A DNA stretch of 64,000 nucleotides from assembly GCA_002633005.1 (NCBI GenBank), contig NMRA01000105.1:408662-472661 (forward strand), read 5' to 3'. Both the position numbers and the translations under genes were made by a program. Source of the stretch: Phoronis australis. Taxonomy: Eukaryota; Animalia; Phoronida. The notes beneath the pieces were generated by a model. That model searched no databases, was not told the origin of the DNA, and worked only from the letters and a program-made list of their open reading frames with translations. Each line of letters begins with the position of its first letter. Within the stretch, counting starts at the first letter, position 1. This document shows positions 48,117 through 61,265 of the stretch, piece after piece.

Positions 48117-51100
48117 TTAGTGTGCAGGCATGCCACCTTCTGGAGAAGGCATTTGTTCTGGTGGTAAATCATTCTGGGGGGCATTGAACTCCTCCCTGGC
48201 TTTGTGCCAAGGCGTCTCCTTCCACAAGAACCACAAGCTGGCTGCAAACAGCACCATGTTGCCAAAACCGAAAATCTGGAATGCAACAAACATGAGAACA
48301 AAACATTATGGGCAGTGTCTCAGGAAAGTCAATGGGGTTCATTATCTCATTATCAGCCTAAGCAATTAATTTAGTGAGCTAGAAACGTTTATTGATTAAG
48401 GCAAGTTAGAGAATAATAAATATGGTGAAATAATATTTTATAGTTTTTGTTGAAAATAAGTAAGGAGTCGTTTTTTACTCGATCAAAAAACAAAGTGAGA
48501 GAAATTGTATTAGCAAATATCAGGTCCATTCATCACATGAAAAATGAGCATGAAATCCTCAAGTGTGCAAACAAAGGAACAAAAAAAATTAAGACAGTAA
48601 CTGAATTGGCAAAAAATCTACCAAGTACTGACAGCCACTACTTAGTCAGATTCATTGGAAAATCCTCATTACCATGGGCACCGCAGCACTGAAAAAGTGG
48701 GAGGGGCTATTGCTCCCACCGACTCATGGTCTCCGCATTAGTAATAGACCAATTTCAATCCTTCACTGAAGGTGATAGGCATTGGCCATGTTCAATTAAT
48801 AAATTTTAACCAAAAATAGGCACAATAGATCCAAGTGAATGCTCACACACAGCCACTATAGTTCAGTCATTGACCTTTAACTTAATAACAGTCCAAACAT
48901 GCTGCAGACTTGGGCTAGTGTTGCAAGTAACAGGGATTGTATTGACCAATGACAAAAAAGGAAAATTTACCAGGTGACGTATTGTACTACAAATAAATAG
49001 GCTGATGTGATAGAAATGTATTTGGTGTAGTAAAATTTAACATCAAGAAATATTTTTGTGTGAATGAAGTAAAAATAATCATAAAAACAGAGACCAAAAA
49101 AGGAAGAAGAAAATCAAATAAGAGGAAATCAAAACCAAGAAAGAGTAAATCCTCTTAAAAGAGGAAAATTACGAGTCCCCCAAGTAACTGGATAACTACA
49201 TTTTCAAAAATAAATGTGGAGGGAAACTAAAAATTGATAAAAGCCGAAATGGTTGGTATTTCGTCAAACGTGGGTAGTGTCAGTATCACTGCGACATTGC
49301 GGTACACTTACGAGAGAGACATTCAGCGTTGCGAAATCACCCTGAGATCGCACAACACAGTTCTGTGGAGTGTTTTTACAAAATGGTAATCTATTCAGTA
49401 TCCCATTATTTGGGTCAGAGAAATGCTTCAGGTTGCTGACACCGTCGGCCCACGCAGAAGAGGCAATTAACCACATGACGACAAAGACGCACGTGATCAC
49501 AAAGTCCTGAAATGATGTAAAAGATACATTGGCACTTATTTTTAGCAAATGATTTTATGAAATTCTAGCACTGCATTAAACAGCAATAGCACAGTAAACA
49601 TTGTTCATGTAAACAATGATCGGTCTACATTTCCAAACACTAGCCTCCATTTCATTTTTCAGAACCGTGAAAACTCAGCCCCGAACTTAATAAGAATGCA
49701 GTCATAGAATACAAAACAGCAGAACACATCAAGCACTTTGTTCACAGAAACACACCCAAAAACTAATTTGCATCTTCTCATTATGTTAGTGTCAAGTGAC
49801 AAAAAAGTGCCAAGAATTGAACAGTGAGCACAAATAACTCGGAATAAGGTTGAAAATTCTATTGTGTTTAATCTTTATTGAAAATGGCTTGATGAAATTC
49901 TAACCGATTTAACAGTCCAAACAAAAGGATTAGAAGACATATCTCAGATTGATTTTGTAATCGATATAATTTACAGAAGGATTCGTTGAGATGTCCTGAA
50001 ATCAAGTTCAATTCCGGTCCGCTGTCTTTTAAACAGCATCCATAACAAAATGACAGCGCACGCAAAAGACTCCTAACCAATTACCAACAAACTTTATCAC
50101 AGCTTCATGAAGAAATAGCCACAAGACTGAAAAGACTACCATAAATATAACCCACATTTTGGACTGATATTTCAACAGTAACAAATTCATGCTTAAGGTT
50201 AATTCTAACCTTATTTAGTGGCCTGACACCTCGTTGACTCAATATTACAGCGACTCAGTGAATGATGAAAGGACTGCGGGTACATACAACGCTGTTCTGT
50301 ATTTGGTGGGAGATTCCATTTAAGTGACAGTCCTGTAACCTTTGACCCCGAATAAGTAGTAAACAAATATCCATGTCGTTCTACGGTGGTTCTGCCATAT
50401 CCTTTTTCCTTACTACACGGTATATATTTCGTATTTGAAGTTCCCCGAGAATTAAGGTATTTTGCTAGACATATGCGAAATATTATAAAAATGGCCAACT
50501 TTTGTGGCTAAGGTTTGAGATATCCTTAAGTATCAAAAAGACTTCCTTCACAAAAGGATTTGCTCTTCCAAAGTGGCGTCAACTTTGCTCGAGTTGAAAT
50601 TTGTTGCAATGAAATGCCTGGGATTCATCACAATGCTTCAGTGGTTGATCCTAACCCCACGTGACAAACAGTACGAGGTGAATTTCAAGAAATAACAAAA
50701 TGGTCATTCTTCTCAAGAGACCATTTCCAGTCTGAGTAAGGCACAAGATGGAACAGATTTACATCAAGCAAATGAAGTTGTTTTTTTTCACAAAAGGCAA
50801 GGGTTTGTTTCCCATTTAATATATAAACAATGACAGAGTGGCATTTAATTCCTACAAAAGTATTGCCTGGGTCAAAAAAATTGAAAATGGTCAAATGCAT
50901 TATGGGTATATTATATTCCTGGTCCACTTACCGCGATGCGTATCCTATCGCTATTCTCCCAGTTGTCATTGAATACCACATAAAGTATGGCTCCACCCAG
51001 CGAGTATAACCATGCCATGACACCAATGAATACATAGAACTGTGACGCCGACTGGTAGTTGCCCGATGGGTACAGCATGTCATTGGAAGACTTGTTGAGG

Positions 51101-54100
51101 CACAGGTCCTTCTTCACAGCATTGTCTTTTGTGTCTAAACTGTAAAACAAACAATAATAGGCTACATACTCAGTTGCTCACAATAAAGGATGAACGACTC
51201 ATACTCAGTGGCACACAATGTAGCATAAACAACTCATACTCAATGGCACACAATGTAGGATGAACAACTCATACTCAATGCCACACAATGTAGGATGAAT
51301 AACTCATACTCAGTTACACACAATGTAGGATGAGCAACTCATACTCAGTTGTATACAATATAGGACGAACAACTCATACTCAGTTACACACAAGATGAAC
51401 AATTTATACTTAGTACACACAATGTAGGACGAACAACTCATACTCATACCTAATAAACGCCCATGCCCCTATAAGTGCCCCCCACGCATTTTCAGACCCA
51501 GTCCATGAACCCCGTAGACATGTGAAAAATGCCTTACCTACAGTTCTAAAATTCTACAGTAACATCTTAAATTTATCAATAAGATCTAAATGTCCTGAAA
51601 AAATCATCGTGCACGGAATTTGTAGACCACGAGCCTCGCTGCTATGTCGGTATTTAGCCGTGAATATACACTTCAAACTTCCGCCGTGCTTCAAACAGAA
51701 TGCAAGTTTTGCTGATCTTGCGAGGGACGTGTCCTATTATGGTCTGGCCTTTCAGAACAGACGCAGCGTATTTGTCAAAGGGATTGTATTGCGTCTTTCC
51801 CATACAGATGTTCTCCCTGAACAGGAATCCAAATCTCTTTGTACACGTGAAAGCCGCGAATCGAAGATTAATAAAACTTGACCTTTGTTCAGTTAAAAGC
51901 ATGTGGCTACGAAGCGCGCTACATTCAAGAATCTGTTATCGAAGATTAGTCTTCGGGAACTATCTATTCATGAAACGGGTAGCATAGCATCGGCAAGAAA
52001 TAAATACAGGCACTTATTTCAGAAAGTTTCTAATACCGTAAAAAAGTTTGCATTATTTTTAAGGGGGAAGTATTAAATTAGTCGTAATTGGTGTTTTTAA
52101 AGTCAAAATGACCCACTGATAGTGAACACTTCCGCACCCTTACACCCCCCGAACCTCCCGAAAAATAACCGTTCAGACTGTCACACATCCAGTCACCTGG
52201 CGACAATTTTCGAACGTTTTCTAGCAGATGAGATCAACAAGTGCTAAATAAAACACGTTCTGCTTTACTGCTTGTGTTAATTTTCTTAGTTACAATGCAC
52301 AACTAGATCGTTGCATCGCGTTTACTCTGGCAAATGAAATCTGATGACACGCATGTGCTCTCTCTTTCACACAATACGCAGACGAACTTCAAAACAAACA
52401 TCTCGTGACTATAACATGTGTGTTCATCCAGAGATTTTTCTCATGTTGCGGAGTACGATCTAGCGCAGATTTGGACTTAATACACAGTTAATCCCGACTC
52501 CACAGGAACTTAATCTTAGGGACGCTATTTTGAAAAGTTAAGGACTTCAAGTAATTTGTTGAGTCGAAACTATATTTTTACTCAAGAATTCAAGTTGATC
52601 TATCAGCCACCGTGAGGCAGCGACGCATCAGTCGGCGAGTTTTCGCAATGGGATTTCCTGAAAAATGCTCATAATTTAACAACAAAGTTTGATAACAATG
52701 CACTGCAATTTTGTAGAAACTCTGACATAGGTTACAGATGCGTCACAGAGCGTAAATTCTAGTTTACGATTTCACCTGTTTCGGAGAACAGGTTTCAACA
52801 ATTTTTGGGCTATAATAAGCGCACCTCTTCCTGAAGCAAATTTTTCTAAGCGCCCTGGGCGCTTATTAGGGCGATTACGGTACTCAGTTACACACAATGT
52901 AGGATGGACAACTAATACTCAGTTACACACAATGTGAGCCATAACTAGGCTAATGTAACGTGAAACTTACTACCTGCATGCGATATGTGTCATTCTAAGA
53001 CACTTAAATGAAAATAAACACTGGTAATGCACCCTTCCCAACATTACCCCTGATGATGCGACTATCCTGCCAACAAGAAGGACAAATTCTGGAGAAAAAT
53101 ATGCAAGTCTTTCGAGATCAGGAGGTGAAAGCCATTCCACAAGGTATCGGGTTATGACCTGCCTGCCGTCTACAACTCGCTAGCTTCATGTGACAACCAA
53201 TAGGTGTCTCACCTTGAAATTTAGACCTTCCATCAGTCAGTATTGAAGAAACGTCTGAGTAGAAGCCAAAAGCTATGCAATTTAAAGGCTCACCAGACTC
53301 TGAACTCGTAACTTTCCGTCACTCAACGGTAATGCACTTGCAAATCAATGTACAAAAGTGATAATTGCTTACCTAAACGGGTACCAAATCCTGATGGCGT
53401 GCTCACTCACATTGGTCTTTGAACAGGCGATGCTGTACTTGGACTCAGTAAAAACACCGCATGTGGTGGCAAAGGCGAAAATTGTCAACACCTGAAATGG
53501 CACGGCAAAGTTCACCTGTCACAAACATTCAGTGCAAACTGATTAAACGTGACTTAGCTTGTTCTAGCTTAGTGATGTCAGTCAACAAATTTGATGTTAA
53601 TCAATTAATGCCAAGCTTGTTTCCTAGCCCCTTACTAATCACTTTGAATTTCCTTGACCCTTACTAATCACTTTGAATTTCCTTGACCCTTACTAATCAC
53701 TTTGAATTTCCTTGACCCTTACTAATCACTTTGAATTTCCTTGACCCTTACTAACCACTTTGAATTTCCTTGACCCTTACTAACCACTTTGAATTTCCTT
53801 GACCCTTACTAACCACTTTGAATTTCCTTGACCCTTACTAACCACTTTGAATTTCCTTGACCCTTACTAACCACTTTGAATTTCCTTGACCCTTACTAAC
53901 CACTTTGAATTTCCTTGACCCTTACTAACCACTTTGAATTTCCTTGACCCTTACTAACCACTTTGAATTTCCTTGACCCTTACTAACCACTTTGAATTTC
54001 CTTGACCCTTACTAACCACTTTGAATTTCCTTGACCCTTACTAACCACTTTGAATTTCCTTGACCCTTACTAACCACTTTGAATTTCCTTGACCCTTACT

Positions 54101-55457
54101 AACCACTTTGAATTTCCTTGACCCTTACTAACCACTTTGAATTTCCTTGACCCTTACTAACCACTTTGAATTTCCTTGACCCTTACTAACCACTTTGAAT
54201 TTCCTTGACCCTTACTAACCACTTTGAATTTCCTTGACCCTTACTAACCACTTTGAATTTCCTTGACCCTTACTAACCACTTTGAATTTCCTTGACCCTT
54301 ACTAACCACTTTGAATTTCCTTGACCCTTACTAATCACTTTGAATTTCCTTAACCCTTACTAATCACTTTGAATTTCCTTAACCCTTACTAACCACTTTG
54401 AATTTCCTTAACCCTTACTAACCACTTTGAATTTCCTTGACCCTTACTAACCACTTTGAATTTCCTTAACCCTTACTAACCACTTTGAATTTCCTTGACC
54501 CTTACTAACCACTTTGAATTTCCTTAACCCTTACTAACCACTTTGAATATCTTTGCCTCTCACTAATCACACAGTCTAAGTCGAAATCCTGTTTCTGTTT
54601 GAGCCCTGAGAAACTTGTCGGGTTCCGATGATCGACAGAGCTTAATAAGTTCCATGCTTGAATAAATACCTCGTGCGCTTGACCAGTTCTGCTAAAATTT
54701 GGACCACAACGGCCACTGCTTGGATAATCGTACACCCCCAATTTGCCAATTTTTGGTTGAAGCGCCCACTGCTTGGGTAATCACTCACCCCCGCCATCTC
54801 GGGTTTCCCAATTTAAGCACCCAGAGCGTTAACCCGCGAGTTTACGGTATAAGACTTGTCAAAATATTTTCAATGGCAAAGATGGGCTAACCCCTTTTTA
54901 TCAATGCCAAATTCCAAACTCAGAAGGTCTTGTCCTCTTGGTAACCAACGCAGCAGGTGCTTGAATTACATTACTGGTTAGCAACACAATCCAAACTTTA
55001 AGAGAATTACATCACTCTACTACTGACGGTCAAAAAAACATGTCTTATAAACTGTTCACACGGACAATGTAGCTTGTGTGGTTCACTAAATTGCTCTAAA
55101 ATAACACTTTCTGCCAAATGTAAGGAACACGAAGGTCATATGAGGTTAGCTCGGAGCCTTGATTACGGCAGTTCCAAAAACAACGTCCGTCAAGCTTAAA
55201 TTAAAATAAACCATTTTATCTTTATTAATCAAGCTAGTGGGGATGATTCGAGATGAAATTAAGAGTGTGGTAATTTAGGAAACGGACGGACGCACATTGG
55301 CGATAGCATTCAAAACTGAAAAAAACAGACGATGCTTGAAAATATTGATGTAAATTATTTGAATACACAACTTGTCACAACAAGTATCAAATGATATACT
55401 TACAAACTGTAGACACTTGACAAGACCACGCGGCTCTTTGAACACACTAAAATACAT
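48117..55457 (-). CDS. SYP: Synaptophysin/synaptoporin-family MARVEL four-TM vesicle protein (likely co-ortholog of vertebrate SYP/SYNPR/SYPL1/SYPL2), ~244 aa
   Basis: Exons 55457-55404, 53491-53373, 51139-50932, 49506-49312, 48275-48117 sum to 735 nt in frame. Motifs KEPRGLVKCLQF, IFAFATTCG, YPF, SASQFYVFIGV, WLIASSAWADG, LNVSLIFGFGN, WFLWKETPW. Acceptor at 55468 with an in-frame TGA before the ATG implies upstream non-coding exon(s); the start is less certain than the rest. Confidence 0.92.
48931..49181. mobile_element. CAGGGCTTGGAA-type MITE, TSD AAGTAA
   Basis: aagtaa|cagggattgtattgaccaatgacaaaaa ... gaggaaaattacgagtccccc|aagtaa. Confidence 0.78.
51165..51446. repeat. 35-bp minisatellite (~8 copies) that resumes at 52881-52935 after a transposon insertion
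   Basis: Unit catactcagttacacacaatgtaggatgaacaact. Confidence 0.9.
51449..52880 (-). mobile_element. Second copy of the pogo/mariner-like element with HIRAN-like remnant
   Basis: ta|cctaataaacgcccatgcccctataagtgcccccc ... ctaagcgccctgggcgcttattagggcgattacgg|ta; collinear with 11736-13277. Confidence 0.85.
53025..53280 (+). mobile_element. Degenerate Penelope-like 3' end (GIY-YIG C-terminus)
   Basis: Frameshifted pieces PNITPDDATIL...FWRKI...GYDLPAVYNSL resemble the end of the 55700-56070 remnant (NRDIGYELLP). Confidence 0.55.
53628..54548. repeat. 29-bp minisatellite, ~32 near-identical copies, in a synaptophysin intron
   Basis: Unit cccttactaaccactttgaatttccttga; aatc and ttaa variants are confined to the array edges. 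Confidence 0.98.
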
Positions 55458-55599
55458 GGTCACTCAACCTAGAAACACAGAGAAAATATGTCTATTACAA
55501 ATCTGTAACATACCTCTTGTAAAGAAAGATTGTAACCATGGCAACCACCAAATATCATCTTGTAACTTACAGGGGATAGAGTAGTTACCTACCAGCGAT

Positions 55600-56070
55600 C
55601 TGTTTGAGTTTGCGGACCTGGCTTTCGAGTCCGTCCAGGGCCCTTCATCGGGGCACTGGCAGGAATCTTCATTCTCAACACCACCTGGTGGCAATTACTT
55701 GCAAGGAGGCACGAGTAAATGGTAGTAATTCATATCCGATGTCTCTGTTCAATTTTGGTTAATTGCTTGTGATTTCAACTGCTTATCTGGCTTTAGGATT
55801 CCAATATTTATTCTCAGGAGATAGCGTTTTCACTGTAGGTTTGCAAATGTTGTGCAATGTGTTAATACCATGTTCTCCTACAACTGTAGAGTTGCCAGAT
55901 ATGTTGAAGTGTTCTTTGAGTCTAGTACCTAGATTCCGAGCATTCTCACCAACATATTTGGCAGGACAATCAGGGCATTCAATCGCGTATATCACCCCAC
56001 ATTTCTTGCAGTCTAACTTGTCTTTCGGGTGGACCAAGGCACTCTGTAGGTTGTTGAATGGTGTGAGGTA
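55600..56070 (-). mobile_element. Penelope-like retroelement remnant (GIY-YIG endonuclease plus 3' terminal region)
   Basis: LVHPKDKLDCKKCGVIYAIECPDCPAKYVGENARNLGTRLKEH...VGEH...KLNRDIGYEL with in-frame stops; downstream ccgatga...cgaaag motif. Confidence 0.85.
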
Positions 56071-57168
56071 GATGCCTACCTCGTGTGACAGTAAACGTAT
56101 GGAAGCGCCAATTCTAAAGGGTCAGCCTTCTTAAACACATCGGAATACTCATTGTCACATAATATATACTCAATTATTGTCTAGTCCAAATGCTTTTTTC
56201 TTCTGTTACTAATTTACCAGCTCTGTTTAAAAAATGTCCGCACCCACAAACAGGTCGGCGATAGGTAACTACTCTATCCCCTATACTGTGTAACAGCTCC
56301 ACCTATGAACATTCATTCTATTGTCATCTTCACACTTATCTACTTAAAAGGATACCAAACTCGGTTTTGGTCTATTAACAGATACTAACGACTTTCCCAT
56401 CCAATTCTCTGAAACAAAATAATACTCTTGTCACCCTCAACAACCCTCAAAAGTTTGGAAGAAAATTTTAAAACTCCTTACAAATTCTGGCCAATATTTT
56501 GCATTGAGTAAAATCCAAATTTTCGGAGCTGTTTAAACTGTATTTTAAAATTTCTCTTTGTAATCAGCTACCTTTGGTATCCAGGATAAAATTTCTCAAA
56601 TAACATCTGAGTAATAACGGAAGACTCATGAAACTATTATTGAAAATCACTGAAGATCACAAAATCTCATTATGCGCACAAAAATTATGCTCAGATTTTC
56701 GAAATAACGTGACTGAATTTTTTCTAAAACCTTTTTGATTTTTCATGGAAATCGCCACAAACATGAACGTTTTTTCACAACGAATACTGTTTCTTTATTT
56801 TTTAGCTACACAAAGGTATCTGGATTTTCTTTCAGGATTTTCCTCCCGAGCATTCCACAAGGAAAGTACAGAGACCATCCAATTTCCAAAATTTTAGACA
56901 AACAGGAATGTGTGAACAATTGGAGGAATTTTACCGAACTGTAAATTTAAAAGGTGATTTTTTACTGGATACTTAGGCCACTGGTTGTAAATCCCTGTTT
57001 AGCTTCTGTATACATAACAAAACGTTAAGATGGGACATTTTACTAAAATTTTGACAGGCAGACTGATAACTTGTTCTCAAACTAGCTAAATGTTTGCGTT
57101 TTCGATTCCACTGGTGTAGAGTAATGGTGCATTTATAAATATGCCAATCTCAATATGCCGTCGAAAAT

Positions 57169-57386
57169 ATGTTGCAAACATTTTCTCCCCTCGGCCCGTC
57201 ATCTTTTGGCCACATCACGTGACTTAATGAATATAAGTCTGAAAAGATTTCTGCCCCCGACCAGGAGAGTCTGCACGGTTAGCAGAAGGTCCTGGGTTCG
57301 AATCCCGATCGGGGCAGAAATCTTTTCATTAGGTCATGTGATGTGGCGAAAGATGGCGTGCTGAGGGGACAAAATGTTTGCTACAT
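57169..57386. repeat. Foldback element with a tRNA-3'-half-like centre
   Basis: Arms gcaaacattttctcccctc...ccacatcac...gaaaagatttctgcccc pair with ggggcagaaatcttttc...gtgatgtgg...gaggggacaaaatgtttgc; centre contains ggttcgaatccc. Confidence 0.8.
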
Positions 57387-58600
57387 AATTGTGCATTGTT
57401 TTATCATATCCTTTACTTGGATGTACTAATCAAGAATGTGTAAATCGGTAGGTGTAATTAAGTGACTTTTCAATGAAGGGGTTCGCTGGGCAAATAATTC
57501 TGCAAAGGTGTGTAAAAAATTATACTGTGTGCTTCAACCTTCTTTTGATGTAAACAGTGTGTTACTGTTTCATGGTTGAAATCTGTAAATAAATAATTTT
57601 GGCAAACTACAGATAGTTTACTTATATATCGAGCCCTGTAACAGTTGCAAATGTCATTCTTGCACCTAATGGTTTCAGTTACACCAAAACTGCAGTCAAT
57701 TTTTGCTTGCTGTTTTGTAGCCACATAGCTGTCTTCGAAAAACACAAACATGGGCAAGGGATGGACGCCAACGTTCTTCAATGTGTTCATCAATTTATTG
57801 CAGATTAGTGAACATGCTCTGACATCAACTTCACCTTTGAAAACGATTCACATTGAAGAAACAACCTAAATCCTGGTGAAAATTACCCTCTCGTGGACAC
57901 CACACCAGTCGCCATTTCTATGCATCTACACATGATATAACAGTGCACACACACACATCACTGTGACTGTCACAGGGGCAGGCAAACAACCAATCTGCCA
58001 ATCAATTTCTCTGGTGACCTATTTCTTCAACAGTCTTCCTAATGGGCATTATGGTAAGTCCACCCACCTTCCACTGCAGAGTCAGTGGTCTATTGGTAAT
58101 CAATTACACAAAATCTCTGACAACTCCAACAGCAGTTGCCAGAACAGGCAGTCAATAATGAGCTTTTGAAGGAGAAAGCAACCATTTTTCATGTTTTGTT
58201 AAGTAAAAGTAAAGATATTTGACAAATTTCGATGATAATTAGCGTATTGTTGCCTTGATACGTATTTATTATCCATGAAAAAATAGGTAATGAAGTAAAA
58301 GGCCTGCCTCTTGAGTCTCCATTCAAGTCCATTTAGCATGACCCAACACAGACCGCATTTTATAGCGACTCAGACATTGCATTTGCTTAATGGCAGTGAA
58401 TACTAAAGCAAGACATGGACCTTTGATAGGATGTTCCATGGATAGTAAATACACCCTAGAGCAAGCAAGCAGTAATTAAACGAGGAAAATAACAGATGAT
58501 TTGCATTTTTAATAGAATGTAACAACAAACATGGTTTCTTTTCATTTTTAAAGTACTTTTAAGTGTTTAAAATCAGTTCAGTGGTTGAACAGAACCTTTT

Positions 58601-58815
58601 AAAAAAATAATTGCAGGCGGTCTGATACACGTTGTACCAGACGTGCGCAGGCCTCGCATGTGGGCCCATTGCACTGATCACCTGGAAATATTTTTATGCT
58701 TTATTAATATATGGTTAAAACCGAGCTGAGGAGCTAGAAACCTGGCTCAAGGGTTTAGCAGTGTGACCTCGAGTAAAGAAAGCGGGCACTTATCAACCAG
58801 GCCACACTGCCTCCT
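58601..58815 (-). mobile_element. tRNA-derived SINE
   Basis: Reverse complement of 61266-61500, with the B-box region deleted. Confidence 0.78.
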
Positions 58816-59043
58816 CTAAACAGAACCTTAGTATGACTCGCAATTTTCAAAATATCTGCTACAGCTTGTCCACAAGGCTTGCCAAATCTTCACATCTACA
58901 TTATCAGGTAAATTTGAAAATTCCTCATTAAAAACACCACACACAGTTTCAGTCTCCAATGCAAGGTTTATAAAAGACCTCTGGGCCAATTTATGAAGTC
59001 ACACAAAGATACACCTAGCAAAGATTTGGATGTACGTATATTA

Positions 59044-59459
59044 AGTGCAGTCCACACACAGACTTACCATAGAACAAGTTACTCCTGGAACCAGTTGTCG
59101 CTGGGTTAAAGGGCTGTGTGGACGCTATTTAAACCAGCGCAACTTACCCCATTTGTGACAACTTACTCCACTTTATCAAGGTAGGATAACTTGTTCAAGA
59201 AGAGCTTGCGCCACCACTACTCACTGTGTGGCTGCAAACTAACTGAAGGTAAGACAGAAATAACAATCAGATGTAGTTACATAACAAACAGGTCTTCTTT
59301 TGTTTGCTGTATCAGCAGCAGCTCTTCATTGTCATGCACGAGGAAGTGAGAACTTCTGCCTTACCCCAGTTATCCAATGAGTGTGGACACTCCATTTAAA
59401 AGTGGGATAAGTTGCACTAGTGCAAGTTGTTCTAGTGTAGGCTGTGTGTGAATGGCACT
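59044..59459. mobile_element. Harbinger-like MITE, TTA TSD
   Basis: tta|agtgcagtccacacacagac...tagaacaag vs gttgttctagtgtaggctgtgtgtgaatggcact|tta. Confidence 0.7.
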
Positions 59460-61265
59460 TTAGATTCTATTGTTGCTGGCAGTTGTCAATCCTTGTGAAG
59501 TTCACTCTTGTATCAATAAATAACTTTTTAACTTCCAACTATCAACCGTTGAATCCTCGGCAAGTGAAAAATCTGAATCCAACGGAAAATCTATCAGATG
59601 ACCATTATTTGAAAAAAGTGTCATTTTCTGCTATGAACATAATGTAATTTGAAAAAAAAAATAAATTGCACACAAGTTAAAGAAATGTGAAAGGAAATCT
59701 TTTTATGATTGAATATCAAACGAAAGCAAAGTAAATCAAAACTACGAGACAAACTTCACTGGTCACAGACAACGCAATAGGTGTGTTAACTTTTGCGAGA
59801 AGCTACCAACACGCTTGATGATCAAAACTGTTAAAAACGTTTTTGAACTGCATGCTTTTCAGAACGAAAACCATGTTTTTTGCTAAGCAACCACGTTTCT
59901 ACGGTCAACACAACTGTCACATACAGTACCATACGGTATATGCTAAATATTGTAAAAAGGCTTAAATCTACAGAGAGCAGTGCAAGAAAATACTTGCACC
60001 CCCCATAAACATATCAAAAGCAGTGTAAAGCCAGCATACCTATCACTTGTATTGAGTTATAAATTGATTGCAAACAATGCATAGTGGCTAAGAGGCGCAT
60101 AACTTATGGATCAATACTATACAGGTCTATTACATTTCTGAGTACTATAAGGAACAAACATCAACCAGGGTCTTGTTCATGAAACTTGACTCGAGACTCA
60201 GCCAGAAAGTTGGTCTTGCGCTTCCACTTTACAATGCTTGAATAAAGATTTAGCCACGAAATTATGAAGGTATCAATAAATTTCTCTGTAACCAGCATTC
60301 TAGTAGACTGCACTATTGTTCAAGTGAGGTTTAATTATTTCCAGAAATACGTTATTAGGAGCATAACAATAAATTTCTGACAGAAGCCTCCAGGGCTGCT
60401 TATGAAACTATTAAGACACCTACCAGTAGACTTTACAATTATATTCTAATTCTCAGCTTCTTCATATCGTAACCTTCATAATTTCTTTCCAGACCCAGTT
60501 ACAATGGAAGCTTTGTTATTTGTAAAAGATGGTGGAATTCTGGGAACACAGCTGCATCACTACTGTGTGTTGAATTCCATTTGCTACGTATTAACTCAGT
60601 TCTCCACTTATTTAGCATAAATTGAAAATATTCTCCTGATAGTCGGAGTGTGCTGAATATACTGAATGTACAGACTTCGTCGTAGTTGAGGTAAAGGAAG
60701 TCGATGTAAACTGCGAAGTTAATTGAACCATTCATAAAGGCTTTAGCAGATAATGGACATCGAACTAAATGGTAGGTGACGCTGTCATCATCATAGCACT
60801 CGCCATAGCTGTGGTGTGGCACCAGCTGATAACTTTGATGAGATTCAAGTTGACCATTCATACCGTGTCAAAGCGTCATCGCTCCACTATTAAATCCACC
60901 TGTTTATTGCGAAGTTAACTAGCAATGTTAACTTCGATCCAGGATCATTCCCATGGACTGCAAATCTCCAAAACATCGACAGCTCGACATTAATACGAAA
61001 GGGCTTTAAGTGACATGACACTTATCCAGGTCCCCCTTTTCACCTCATTATGAGATATCCCTTATGACTGGGTGAAATAGGCAGTCAATATACAGTGTCC
61101 AGACCTCACTATGACTGTTAAAGAGACGTGCATTACTAGAATCAAAGACAGGGCTAAATGTGGGTAAAACTGACTGTGCAATTTAGGTGCAACAATAAAT
61201 TACCAACAAGTAGCCGTGCACAAAATAAGAAAGGGACAAACTATTATTTTCACAAATAAGTTTGT

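Noticed and set aside
53628-54548. Interstitial telomere-like array
   Set aside because: Unit is 29 bp and contains no tandem TTAGGG/TTAGG repeats.
60499-60861. 120-aa minus-strand ORF upstream of synaptophysin
   Set aside because: No recognisable domain and no splice sites linking it in frame to the gene.
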